From: Octopus bimaculoides
Lineage: Eukaryota
Assembly (NCBI RefSeq): GCF_001194135.2
Contig: NC_068993.1
Location: 35,232,383 to 35,265,904 of the forward strand
Direction of reading: 5' to 3'
DNA length: 33,522 nt
Made by a program: the position numbers and the translations under genes
Part shown: positions 1 to 10,501 of the stretch, piece by piece
Layout of the letters: each line of letters opens with the position of its first letter
Position numbering within the stretch: position 1 is the first letter of the stretch
Notes under the pieces: model-generated
Databases searched by the model: none
Seen by the model: only the letters and a program-made list of their open reading frames with translations
Told to the model about the DNA's origin: nothing

Positions 1-2
1 AT

Positions 3-155
3 TCACACTATACAAAACCTATGGCCTCCAAATACCTGATCCACCGGAACTCGGCTATTGCGGACAATGCCAAATTCAACATATTGATGGCAGACCTCGT
101 GAGAGTAATGCGAAATGTCTCCTGCATGTGCGACCCAGAACTCTGGCCGAAATAA
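3..155 (+). mobile_element. Penelope-like element (PLE) reverse transcriptase C-terminal remnant
   Basis: Frame 3 reads SHYTKPMASKYLIHRNSAIADNAKFNILMADLVRVMRNVS...*. This resembles the PLE RT C-terminal pattern (F/Y-x-KPM-x(7)-SA...L-x(3)-xxRxxRN-x-S). Recognised by motif only; truncated by the window start. Confidence 0.5.
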
Positions 156-197
156 GATTAAGATTAATGTAATATAAAGCTGAAGCAAATTAACACC

Positions 198-310
198 AAA
201 TATACAGTGCGTGTGTTTTTATTGGCTAAACTGGCAATATGACCATCCCCAAGTACAACAACATCTGTTTCAACACACGATTTCACATCAAAAATCTTGC
301 AAAACAAATA
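198..310. repeat. Solo arm of the foldback element at 12900-13176
   Basis: aaatatacagtgcgtgtgtt...ttggc...atgaccatcccc aagtacaac (198-262) aligns directly with 13121-13176. aatcttgcaaaacaaat (~293-309) is the reverse complement of atttgtattgcaagaat at 12903-12919. Confidence 0.6.
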
Positions 311-576
311 TATATATATATATATTTATATATATATTGGTTGCATTTATTGTCATAGTTCAATTATTGTTCTAGATTCTTTTGTTGAAGTCAGAAATAT
401 TAGAATTTTAGAATATTATTTCCACAATGTTTACCAGAAAGTGCGTGAAGTCAACCGTAACTAAACCATGTTTTCTTAGAAGTAGATATGTTTTTTTTCT
501 GAATTACTTAAAATATAGTTAAGCTGGATATGATTTGATCTCAGGACAGAGAATAAAAGAGCCACAAATGTCGGTA

Positions 577-1764
577 GAAATGTTTATAGGCTGATAGAGA
601 TACTCTTATGAATGTGACCAAATGTGGCTTGTTTTCCAATATAGTCCCCTCTTGCTCTCCGCACACTTCTTCCATCGATGTTAGAAGCTTTCATTCTGTT
701 GGCCAAAAATGTCATCAACAACAGATATGATGCCATCATCATTGTGACACTGATTCCCAGCCAAGTGCTTTTTCATGTTGGAGAACAAATGATAAACAGA
801 TGAGACCAAATGAGGAGAATAGAGAGAGTTGTCAATCAGTTCAAAGCTACAGTCATGCATAGCAGTATTGAAACCAAGGGCTTGTGTGTTGGGGCATTGT
901 CCTGATGAGATAAGACTTCTTTCGTCAGTTTTCCTAGGTGCTTGTTTTCGATAACCTTTCGTAAGTGCCTCAGCAAGTCGGCATAGTATTCTTTATTGAT
1001 GTTGTGTCCCTTTTGAACATAATCAATAAACCATGCCTTTTACATCCAAACAAACAGAGGTCACCAACCTTTCTACAGATAAGACGCTCTTTGGAGCAGG
1101 TAAGGTTTCAAGTTCATGGATTATCTTTTTTCTCTGGCTCAAAGTAATGACCCTAACACTCATCTGGGATAGGAACTGTTCAAGGAAACAAGCTGAATTT
1201 GCCTCAAATAAAGTCAGATTTTCCCTTGATGTGATCAGACTGGTACACTTTTGATCAGGCCTCAGAAGACGTGGCACTCACGGAGTAGAAAACTTTGTCA
1301 TACCAAGTCTATTGTGCAGAATATTCTCAAGTTTCTAACGGAGTATGCTAATAGCTTTGACTATGTGATTTCTAGCCAATTCTCGTCTGTATTCCATCAT
1401 TATGTGGAGAACAAGATCAAGGTTTTCCTCGGTGGTGGCAGTTGCTGGACCTCCAGACCTTGGATCATCTCCAAAATTCTCCCTCCCACTTCTAAACTCA
1501 ACTACCCATTTTTGCATTGCTGACAACGCTGGAGGGTCATCCTCTAATGTAGTAGCCAAGTCATCATGAATGTCACTGAGGGCTACACTCCTTTTTGCAG
1601 GTACTTGATAACACCACGATGCCAAATTTTGTCGATTCTACTAATTCCTACTAGTTACTTTTGAAAACAGTCAGATGTCAGTTGAAATAAATGCATCCAA
1701 GACTTCACAGTTCTAGCATCACTCCTTTATAATCTTCCTATGAACTTTTCAGCCCACCCTCGTA
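577..1764 (-). mobile_element. Mariner (Tc1/mariner, D,D34D) DNA transposon, near full length, decayed
   Basis: 5' TIR tacgagggtgggctgaaaagttcatagg (reverse complement of ~1737-1764, ending in TA). A degraded matching end gaaatgtttataggctga lies at 577-594. Length is about 1.2 kb, with a transposase inside. Confidence 0.92.
631..1636 (-). pseudogene. Mariner transposase pseudogene (SETMAR/Mos1-like)
   Basis: Start codon mutated to ATC (I-DKIWHRGVIKY). Motifs present: QKWVVEFRSGRE..DDPRSGGPAT, the WVPRLL-like PRLLRPDQK, HQDNAPTH, YSPHL (for YSPDL) and HRWKKC. Several frameshifts and stops. Confidence 0.92.
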
Positions 1765-3115
1765 CATATTTTAAAACAGTTATTTCGCCGTTTGCTTCTT
1801 TGCTTTCGAATCATTATTTACTTACTGCGGGAGAAGTTCGATGTGCTGGCATGTAGAGAAACCAATGATTGGTTTCACATCGATAATTGAATACTGAACT
1901 ATCGGGAAAGAAATCCTTAAAAAGTAATTATAAATATAATGCTTGTTATTTATTGGAAGAACAACTGTAAAAGCTGATGATTAATCCATATTCAACATAT
2001 ACTTCCATAAATCTTATCGAAATATTTATTCGATCTACCTAAATTATACTATTGAAGACCAAATTAACAAAAATTGTTGCTACTTCTGTTTTGGTTGTTG
2101 TGAAAAGGAATTACTGTTGCCAGTTTGAAATGTTTATTCAAGTTGGCAGAAAGCCTTGAACTGAGACAAATTGAGATAACAGGCGACCATTAACAATTTC
2201 TATCTCGACGATATAAATGAAAATAGCCTTGAGGTAAAACTAGAGACAATAGAAAAGATTCCAAATTATCGATCGGATCTTTATTATATCCAATATTCTA
2301 CACTAATAGCTTCCTAAATATCACTTCTTCCTATCGAAAACACCCGCTAGAAATAGCAACAATTTGACTTCAAATAACATACTATCACTCTTCGAGAAAA
2401 GAAAGATATATTGGTCGATGTACTCCTTGATATACAAACTACAACAGCATGAAAGATGGAATAGAGTTGATCATATGTATATTTTTATTTTTTTGTTTTT
2501 AATTTTCATTTATTTATTCATTTATTTATGGAAATCTGTCCCAACATTAAGAAAGCAACGAGTAACAAAACAGGTCTGAAGCAACCACTTAGTATATTGG
2601 GAGGTACAAAAGGAAAGAAAATGAAATGTAATGAGAGGCTGCTGTGAGATTCATAAAACGATCAACGTAAGATATAAAAGAATTAACATTGTTTTTATCA
2701 AGAAAATGCAAAGAATGCAATTCCATAAAACAGACATTCGTGGTTAACTATTAAAGTCGACACACTTTTTATTTGAGGAGACAGCAGCAGTAAAAGGATC
2801 AACATCAGTAGGAAGATGGGTGGCTCGACTGATTCACCTTAAGAAGTAAAGAGTTTGACAGAAAGACGACATTGGAAATTTTTACAGAATAGAAGTAAAG
2901 ATGTTTGCCTAGTCAGGACTGACCTGTGGGCAACAATCGAGCTAGGAATACATTTAAAAATATAAATAAGCCATATGTATTATCAATTAATTACATACTT
3001 AGCACAGAAGATAAAACGAAATTCTATATTTCATCCCAATTGTATATCAACCCAAGAAATCTCAAATCCTTTAATCCCGACAAATATCATAATGTTCTTC
3101 TTCATAATTTACAAT

Positions 3116-3155
3116 ATGTGTGTGTGTGTGTGTGTATGTGTGTGTGTGTGTGTGT
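3116..3155. repeat. (GT)n microsatellite
   Basis: Direct inspection. Confidence 0.95.
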
Positions 3156-3658
3156 ATCAGATTAAAATTTTGGAGCCTATCATTCATGTATATTTCAATT
3201 AATAAAATTATAATACACAGGCAGATCAAATGTTTTAGTATTTCAGATATAAATGAAACGAAAAGCGAAACTAGTGAAGTAATAACTTTTTTCTCACCGT
3301 AGACAGAAAGAAAATGACATTTGTTTACAGTTTGTTAGAATACAATATCAGCTTCATGTGTAAAAAAGAAAACTACAGAAAAAGAAAACTACCCTACAGG
3401 ACGGAAACTACAGATATATTAAGATACATAAGTGAAGTGAAATGAAATTACATAAATGGCCGTTAAGACACTGTTGGAATTCTGTTAAAATCACTACATG
3501 TGATATTTTTTGTATCACACGTATATTACTTCACCATATTTCAGACGTATTAATATTAGTGTGTTTATGACACGAAACAAAATCCTCTGTCATACACACG
3601 CATACATTATACAAATATGTGTGCGTGTGTATGAGTGTATTTATATATATATATATAT

Positions 3659-4165
3659 NNNNNNNNNNNNNNNNNNNNNNNNNNNNNNNNNNNNNNNNNN
3701 NNNNNNNNNNNNNNNNNNNNNNNNNNNNNNNNNNNNNNNNNNNNNNNNNNNNNNNNNNNNNNNNNNNNNNNNNNNNNNNNNNNNNNNNNNNNNNNNNNNN
3801 NNNNNNNNNNNNNNNNNNNNNNNNNNNNNNNNNNNNNNNNNNNNNNNNNNNNNNNNNNNNNNNNNNNNNNNNNNNNNNNNNNNNNNNNNNNNNNNNNNNN
3901 NNNNNNNNNNNNNNNNNNNNNNNNNNNNNNNNNNNNNNNNNNNNNNNNNNNNNNNNNNNNNNNNNNNNNNNNNNNNNNNNNNNNNNNNNNNNNNNNNNNN
4001 NNNNNNNNNNNNNNNNNNNNNNNNNNNNNNNNNNNNNNNNNNNNNNNNNNNNNNNNNNNNNNNNNNNNNNNNNNNNNNNNNNNNNNNNNNNNNNNNNNNN
4101 NNNNNNNNNNNNNNNNNNNNNNNNNNNNNNNNNNNNNNNNNNNNNNNNNNNNNNNNNNNNNNNNN
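3659..4165. other. Assembly gap (N), flanked by (TA)n
   Basis: Run of N. Confidence 0.99.
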
Positions 4166-4191
4166 TATATAAAGAATACAAACGCATGTGT

Positions 4192-4255
4192 GAAGAAGAA
4201 GAAGAAGAAGAAGAAGAAGAAGAAGAAGAAGAAGAAGAAGAAGAAGAAGAAGAAG
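4192..4255. repeat. (GAA)n trinucleotide microsatellite, about 21 units
   Basis: Direct inspection. Confidence 0.97.
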
Positions 4256-4529
4256 CACAACAATAGGTAGGAAGAAAGAAGGCGAAGGAGAAGAGGAAGA
4301 AGAGGAAAAACGTAAATGAAACCAAGAAAAAAATAAATACCTAAATAAAAATAAAATAAAAAATAAAATAATAAATTAAATTAATAGTGATTTAGAACAG
4401 TCGGGGAGAGATTTAAGCCTACCAAGAATAAGGAAATAGAATATTTAGGAATAGTGAGTATTGTTGTGTTTTTCTCAAAAGGTGACCCGTGTGGTGAGGT
4501 CACCTATTCTGTTCCCACAGGTGGTACGT

Positions 4530-4652
4530 CGTACATATATGTACACACACACACATATACATACATATATGCACATATATATACATATATGCACATATAT
4601 ATACATATATACACATAGACATATACATACACATACTCACATACGCATAGTT

Positions 4653-4685
<33 letters not shown>

Positions 4686-5045
4686 CATACATATGCATAC
4701 ATACATCTGCACATATAAATACATACATATATACATACATACATCTGTACATATGTAGATACACATATATACACACACACGCTTACCATACATACATATA
4801 CATATATACATACACATACATATACATATATTTATACACATATATATACACATANNNNNNNNNNNNNNNNNNNNNNNNNNNNNNNNNNNNNNNNNNNNNN
4901 NNNNNNNACATACACAGACATATATATACATACACACATATATATATGTATATGTATGTGTATGTTTGTATATATGTATGCATGTGTATATATGAGTATG
5001 TATATATGTACGTGTGTATGTTTATATGCGTATATGTGTATATAT
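4530..5045. repeat. Compound (CA/TA/CATA) microsatellite tract containing an N-gap at 4855-4907
   Basis: Direct inspection. Confidence 0.95.
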
Positions 5046-5417
5046 CAATGACGTGCCGCCTGGGTAGGAAAGATAGATAGTGCCTACTCTGAATAAAATA
5101 GATCAATGGTAACAATTTTCTTTTGTGGCGAAATATGCACCAAATTCAATAAATGAAGGTTAATCTGATTACTATGCATAAAATGCAAAATATCTTTTAT
5201 TTTTTGTACATTAGGTAGTCATAATTAGCCCCTGCCTTCCCATTTCAGTATCAAAACTACGTATTGTACTGCTGTAGTACACATGCTGCATACATACCTA
5301 CAATAGTGTTTTCTTTATGCGCTATAAAGGCAGAAGTAATTCTGTATCCAACTCAGTTGCGCGCCTGTGTTTCGCTTATTTTTTGCGTTTTACTACATAA
5401 CTGTCGCCATTTATGTA

Positions 5418-5452
5418 GTAAGCAAGCTACTTACCACACAGCCACTCCTGCG

Positions 5453-5455
<3 letters not shown>
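5418..5455 (-). mobile_element. 5' head fragment of a tRNA-derived SINE (same family as 19521, 24203, 32861)
   Basis: Reverse complement gcgcaggagtggctgtgtggtaagtagcttgcttac matches the heads at 19521 and 24203. It abuts (TA)n at 5455-5528. Confidence 0.75.
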
Positions 5456-5531
<76 letters not shown>

Positions 5532-5619
5532 GAGAATATACAAAAAATAACAACAGACGAGGACAGGTGGTGTAAATAACAAAAGTATATATTAGTATGA
5601 CGCTCGGGAATACGGAAAG

Positions 5620-5656
5620 TCTTTGACGTTTCGAGCTACGCTCTTCAACAGAAAGA
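5620..5656 (-). ncRNA. Minimal type-I hammerhead ribozyme motif (variant core), probably in a PLE pseudo-LTR fragment (~5545-5700)
   Basis: Minus strand: UCUUU-CUGUUGA-A-GAGC(gua)GCUC-GAAAC-GUC-AAAGA. Stem I is 5 bp and perfect, stem II is 4 bp, stem III is the palindromic ACGU, and the cleavage triplet is GUC. Deviations: A6 is U, and there is an extra A after A9. Confidence 0.6.
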
Positions 5657-5697
5657 ATACGGAGACAAGGAGAAAAACACGGAGAAAAAAAATTGAA

Positions 5698-5747
<50 letters not shown>

Positions 5748-5833
5748 ATCTCTAAATGTGATTTGGGTCTTAGAAACACGTGCATTGCTAGAAATAAACT
5801 ACTCTAATGCTGTAGTCAACGCACACAAATGTC

Positions 5834-5880
5834 ACTTTCGGCAATTTCTGGTGCCTCATCAGTAAGACTGGCTCGAAAGT
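5834..5880 (-). ncRNA. Hammerhead catalytic-core-like motif with degenerate stems I and III
   Basis: Minus strand: CUGAUGA-GGCA(ccagaaau)UGCC-GAAA. The whole is bracketed by the inverted repeat ACTTTCG/CGAAAGT. Confidence 0.4.
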
Positions 5881-7985
5881 TTGTAGCTGTGTAGTAAAAG
5901 CTGCGTGCCATTGACATCATTAAATATGTGATAGAGTTGACTTGACTAACGAATCGTGAAGTGTGGACTATTTTGTCACACAAAAGATGTTAAAGCCTAC
6001 GAGTAATTCAGCGATGTACTTTTTAAGGAAGGGTACTTTCTCCACTGTGCGCTTATACAAACAATTATTGCATAGCCCGCTATGTAGATTTCAGAATTGT
6101 TATAGAGAACAGGACAAAATATGCCAATGTTCCTTATCCTTCCCTTTACTTTTAAAATCAAAATCTACTGGGGGTTACATAAAATAAGCACACGTAATAT
6201 AAATGAATATAGTTTCCTTGTTATTTGCTACGTTGTGCCTATGTTAGAAATATTTGTAGAATTGTCTTTATATCGTCTGTCTTTTTATTTCAGAAATACA
6301 TTAGTCACCGATTTAAGGCTTTTTCGCCGTGAACCTTAATTCGAACGTTTGTTGTTTTCCTAAAACTGAAACAAAATTTATATAACATGCATGTACACGA
6401 ACCGACGAGGGAAAATCTACTTGCCCTCACGATTTGCTGGAGATAACAGCCTAATCTCTCTCGAATTACATCCCACGTTCTTAAACAAACAAGATGATGT
6501 GTTTGATAACATAATCTTGATAAATAATGAATACAAAGAACACAGAATAGTCACAGCTAGGATAACATTGAAGATAGCTCTGTTCAATCAGTGCAAACCT
6601 TGAGCTAATCAATCATAACCTCTCTACCTAAGAATCGTACACCAAAATACATCGTGAAAACCGAATTGACTAATGTTGCTCAGCTCAACTGATAGAACGT
6701 TTTCGATTTTTTCGTTACTTTATAGAATACAAGAGTAGACAGTTTTGATGGAATAACAGACAGACAGAGATGTTCGGGTGACAGCAAATGTCTTATATTT
6801 TAAGAATTTATTATGTCAGTTTCGTTGCAATAATCAATTCTTACACACGTTCATCATGTTTCAGTTTGAATAAATGAAAGTAGAATACAATTTGACAATA
6901 ATATGATTGTGTATTTGATGTCGAAATATATGCTCTTACATGATACTGAGAAGTATTTATTTATGTTTCGCATAGTGTTTATCCATCCATGCTAGGCAAT
7001 AACGTTCTAGTGAGCTGATTCCGTGACCCATAAATTATTTCTAGCTGCAGCAACTTCGTCCTACTGACATCGCAAATATCCTGAAAACAGGAATGAACGC
7101 CAAAACAGTCTTCTTTATATAATATTGCATATCTAGCATATTGTATTTAAACAATGAAATTAATATATTTCTACGCAGTAGTAAACAATACAAAGTATAG
7201 ATAAACAAGCAAATAATGTCGGAGCTTCGACCTGCAAGCAAAGCCATCCAAATCATGCCTAATGCACATCATACGATCCTGAAAATCGGAAGGACACATT
7301 TTATAATATAGCAATATAGAAAGAAAAGATCATTTTGTTCAATAGACAGTTGGTCGTAAGTCTGTCCTGTCTTGTGTCTTGGCTAACTCAGAGTTAAACA
7401 ACGGCAGAAAACTAGTAAGTCCAAACTACATCTTAATTCTGAACAACTAATTAAAATAGTGCTTTATACAACTATTTGTCAGTTCACGTTTTTATGAAGT
7501 GCCCTTTCGGTGGTCACTCGACTTCGTAAAATTAGCAACTAAATTTCCTGCAAATGAGATCTTGACGTCTTAAAAATGAAGTAATGTTATTTAAATAATA
7601 GACAGCTTGTCACAAGTGGAACGCCTCTGATCACAATGTACTACATCATGGTTAATCTGGGGTTAAATATCAACAAAACTACAAATTAGAATAAAAATAT
7701 TACTTCAAAATAAAACATTTGCGCCAAAGGTAACACAAAGAATCACGTAAATTGAATTAAATTGAGGCGGAAACGGATCAATATGTTGCAAAATATCCAC
7801 AGCATTGCAGACACAAACTGAGTGAATATTTTGAAACCTTTCATTTTTCCAATAATAAGTAATATTGATATAAAGTTATATATTGGGTTACTTTCTTAAT
7901 AAATTTTCTGAAGTATTCATGAATGATTTTCTACTTTCTTTATGATAGCATTACATCAATATTTCTTATAGTTATTTATGTCAAG

Positions 7986-8039
<54 letters not shown>

Positions 8040-9007
8040 NNNNNNNNNNNNNNNNNNNNNNNNNNNNNNNNNNNNNNNNNNNNNNNNNNNNNNNNNNNNN
8101 NNNNNNNNNNNNNNNNNNNNNNNNNNNNNNNNNNNNNNNNNNNNNNNNNNNNNNNNNNNNNNNNNNNNNNNNNNNNNNNNNNNNNNNNNNNNNNNNNNNN
8201 NNNNNNNNNNNNNNNNNNNNNNNNNNNNNNNNNNNNNNNNNNNNNNNNNNNNNNNNNNNNNNNNNNNNNNNNNNNNNNNNNNNNNNNNNNNNNNNNNNNN
8301 NNNNNNNNNNNNNNNNNNNNNNNNNNNNNNNNNNNNNNNNNNNNNNNNNNNNNNNNNNNNNNNNNNNNNNNNNNNNNNNNNNNNNNNNNNNNNNNNNNNN
8401 NNNNNNNNNNNNNNNNNNNNNNNNNNNNNNNNNNNNNNNNNNNNNNNNNNNNNNNNNNNNNNNNNNNNNNNNNNNNNNNNNNNNNNNNNNNNNNNNNNNN
8501 NNNNNNNNNNNNNNNNNNNNNNNNNNNNNNNNNNNNNNNNNNNNNNNNNNNNNNNNNNNNNNNNNNNNNNNNNNNNNNNNNNNNNNNNNNNNNNNNNNNN
8601 NNNNNNNNNNNNNNNNNNNNNNNNNNNNNNNNNNNNNNNNNNNNNNNNNNNNNNNNNNNNNNNNNNNNNNNNNNNNNNNNNNNNNNNNNNNNNNNNNNNN
8701 NNNNNNNNNNNNNNNNNNNNNNNNNNNNNNNNNNNNNNNNNNNNNNNNNNNNNNNNNNNNNNNNNNNNNNNNNNNNNNNNNNNNNNNNNNNNNNNNNNNN
8801 NNNNNNNNNNNNNNNNNNNNNNNNNNNNNNNNNNNNNNNNNNNNNNNNNNNNNNNNNNNNNNNNNNNNNNNNNNNNNNNNNNNNNNNNNNNNNNNNNNNN
8901 NNNNNNNNNNNNNNNNNNNNNNNNNNNNNNNNNNNNNNNNNNNNNNNNNNNNNNNNNNNNNNNNNNNNNNNNNNNNNNNNNNNNNNNNNNNNNNNNNNNN
9001 NNNNNNN
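8040..9007. other. Assembly gap (N), flanked by (TA)n
   Basis: Run of N. Confidence 0.99.
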
Positions 9008-9459
9008 TATATATATATATATATATAGTTAGTAACTTTTAGAAGTGAAGATTATTTCTTTTTATAAAATAATATATTCTATTCAAATAATTCCAGTTAG
9101 ACTTAAAATATATATACCTTGATAATCTATAGAACGTCTTTTAAATGTAAAAATTATATAACAGGTTGATGATAATTAAAAATACATACGAAATTCATAT
9201 TAAACACAACTGAAATATTTCTTGCGAGTATTTCTGATATAGTTTTATGTGTAATTACATCTATTCTTTAGTAATTTCAAGTCTCCCTATTAATGATAGT
9301 TCAATGTAAACCAATCACAATTGTTTTAATTGTATCTTTTCAGAATTTCTGAAAGAATTTGAAAAATATATTTAAAATAAATTCAACACAATCTTTTCAA
9401 AGTAGGTATTGTTTGAAAAACGTGTTATTCAAGTAAGAGAGAGATAGAGAATTACTTAC

Positions 9460-10501
9460 TCTGCTGTCATAGATTCCATTGTATCCGACTCCATTATTTT
9501 TCCCGGCTATGAAGGCAGCAAGATTGGCAGTATAGCTTGCTATTATAAATATTGCAGCAAATGCCCAGAAATTTTGCATGACTTTACTTGGCCATGCTTT
9601 CGGGGATTTGGTGCTGACTGTATGACCAAATAATACAGAATATACCATGTTTAATCCGGAAGCCATTGTATAATTTGACTTTCGTTTTCGTCCCCATGGA
9701 TTTAGTCCAAATGGACTGTTCCACTCAAACAAGGCCATAGCAACGGCAGTGACTGTGGCGCTGATAAAAATCGCAAACCATACACCTATGGAAAAAGGTT
9801 CCAAAAATGCTTGCATATGTGGATCCCTAACACGATCAGCAACTAGGATAGAAAACCCTGAGAAAAAATAAGGATCCGTAAAATCAATAGCTTTGACACG
9901 TGACTTGGTGATGCTAAAGGCTGCCATGGCAATATGTGCTGTGCTCTCGAGGAGATCTTCAATCATACCATTCCACGATCCGTTACTGTAGGCTCCATAG
10001 GATTTATCAAAAACGAGAAATAATGTAAAGTCAAAATCTAAGTCGATAGACAACTTATTTAATAAGTCAATCGATAACCCTCGACAACAACGTATTTCCC
10101 AAGGGTTACTCTGATTTAATACACCGGCTTCGAAGTCTCGAAGAGCTTCTATAGTCCGTTCTTTATCCTTAGAGGATAGTTTCAAACAAGGTGTATCTGA
10201 CATGCATTCGTTGTAATCCTTATGTGGAGCCTCTTCCATTACAAAGGGTTTAACAGGGTTCGTAACAATCCGATAACGCGTACGTCCGTTCACAGATGTT
10301 GGTAGAATATGATCAATGGGCCATATAGGCTCACGAATCCTGACATCACCATTGCGAATATAGCCTATCTCTCTCCATGTCACTTTTTCTCCATCATGTA
10401 TTAGGTTTTTGATTATAAAATTCGATATCTGTATATGGCCATCACTGTCAAAAAATAATGGTCCAAGGAATGGGCTGGCACCGGAAGCTTTAAGTATTGA
10501 T
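9460..10501 (-). CDS. GRIN3: Internal exon (1,042 bp) of an NMDA-type ionotropic glutamate receptor, GluN3/NR3-like: end of ATD, S1, M1, M2, M3
   Basis: Open frame containing CCRGLSIDLL, DKSYGA..NGSWNGMIEDLL, AAFSITKSRVKAIDFTDPYF, M1, the GluN3-type loop EWNSPFGLNPWGR, pore VLFGHTV..KSPK.W and M3 SYTANLAAF. Acceptor is tttttacag| (AG at 10503-10502, phase 2). Donor is AGA|gtaagt (GT at 9459-9458, phase 0). The ORF-track extensions beyond these sites are intronic. Confidence 0.93.

Noticed and set aside
3510-4325. Long ORFs spanning N-gaps and poly-E/K/S/L/F runs
   Set aside because: Artefacts of N-runs and the (GAA)n repeat; the same applies to ORFs at 7923-9042 and 21435-22298.
5390-5421. 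11-bp hairpin TTACTACATAA/TTATGTAGTAA
   Set aside because: Overlaps the truncation point of a SINE head; most likely an insertion or repair by-product in AT-rich DNA.
6391-6603. 70-aa ORF and its reverse strand as a possible S2 exon
   Set aside because: No splice signals, an early stop in the minus frame, and no credible iGluR alignment.
9008-9459. Editing-complementary sequence for the pore codon in the proximal downstream intron
   Set aside because: No segment complementary to 9610-9640 is visible; the gap at 8040-9007 cannot be assessed.
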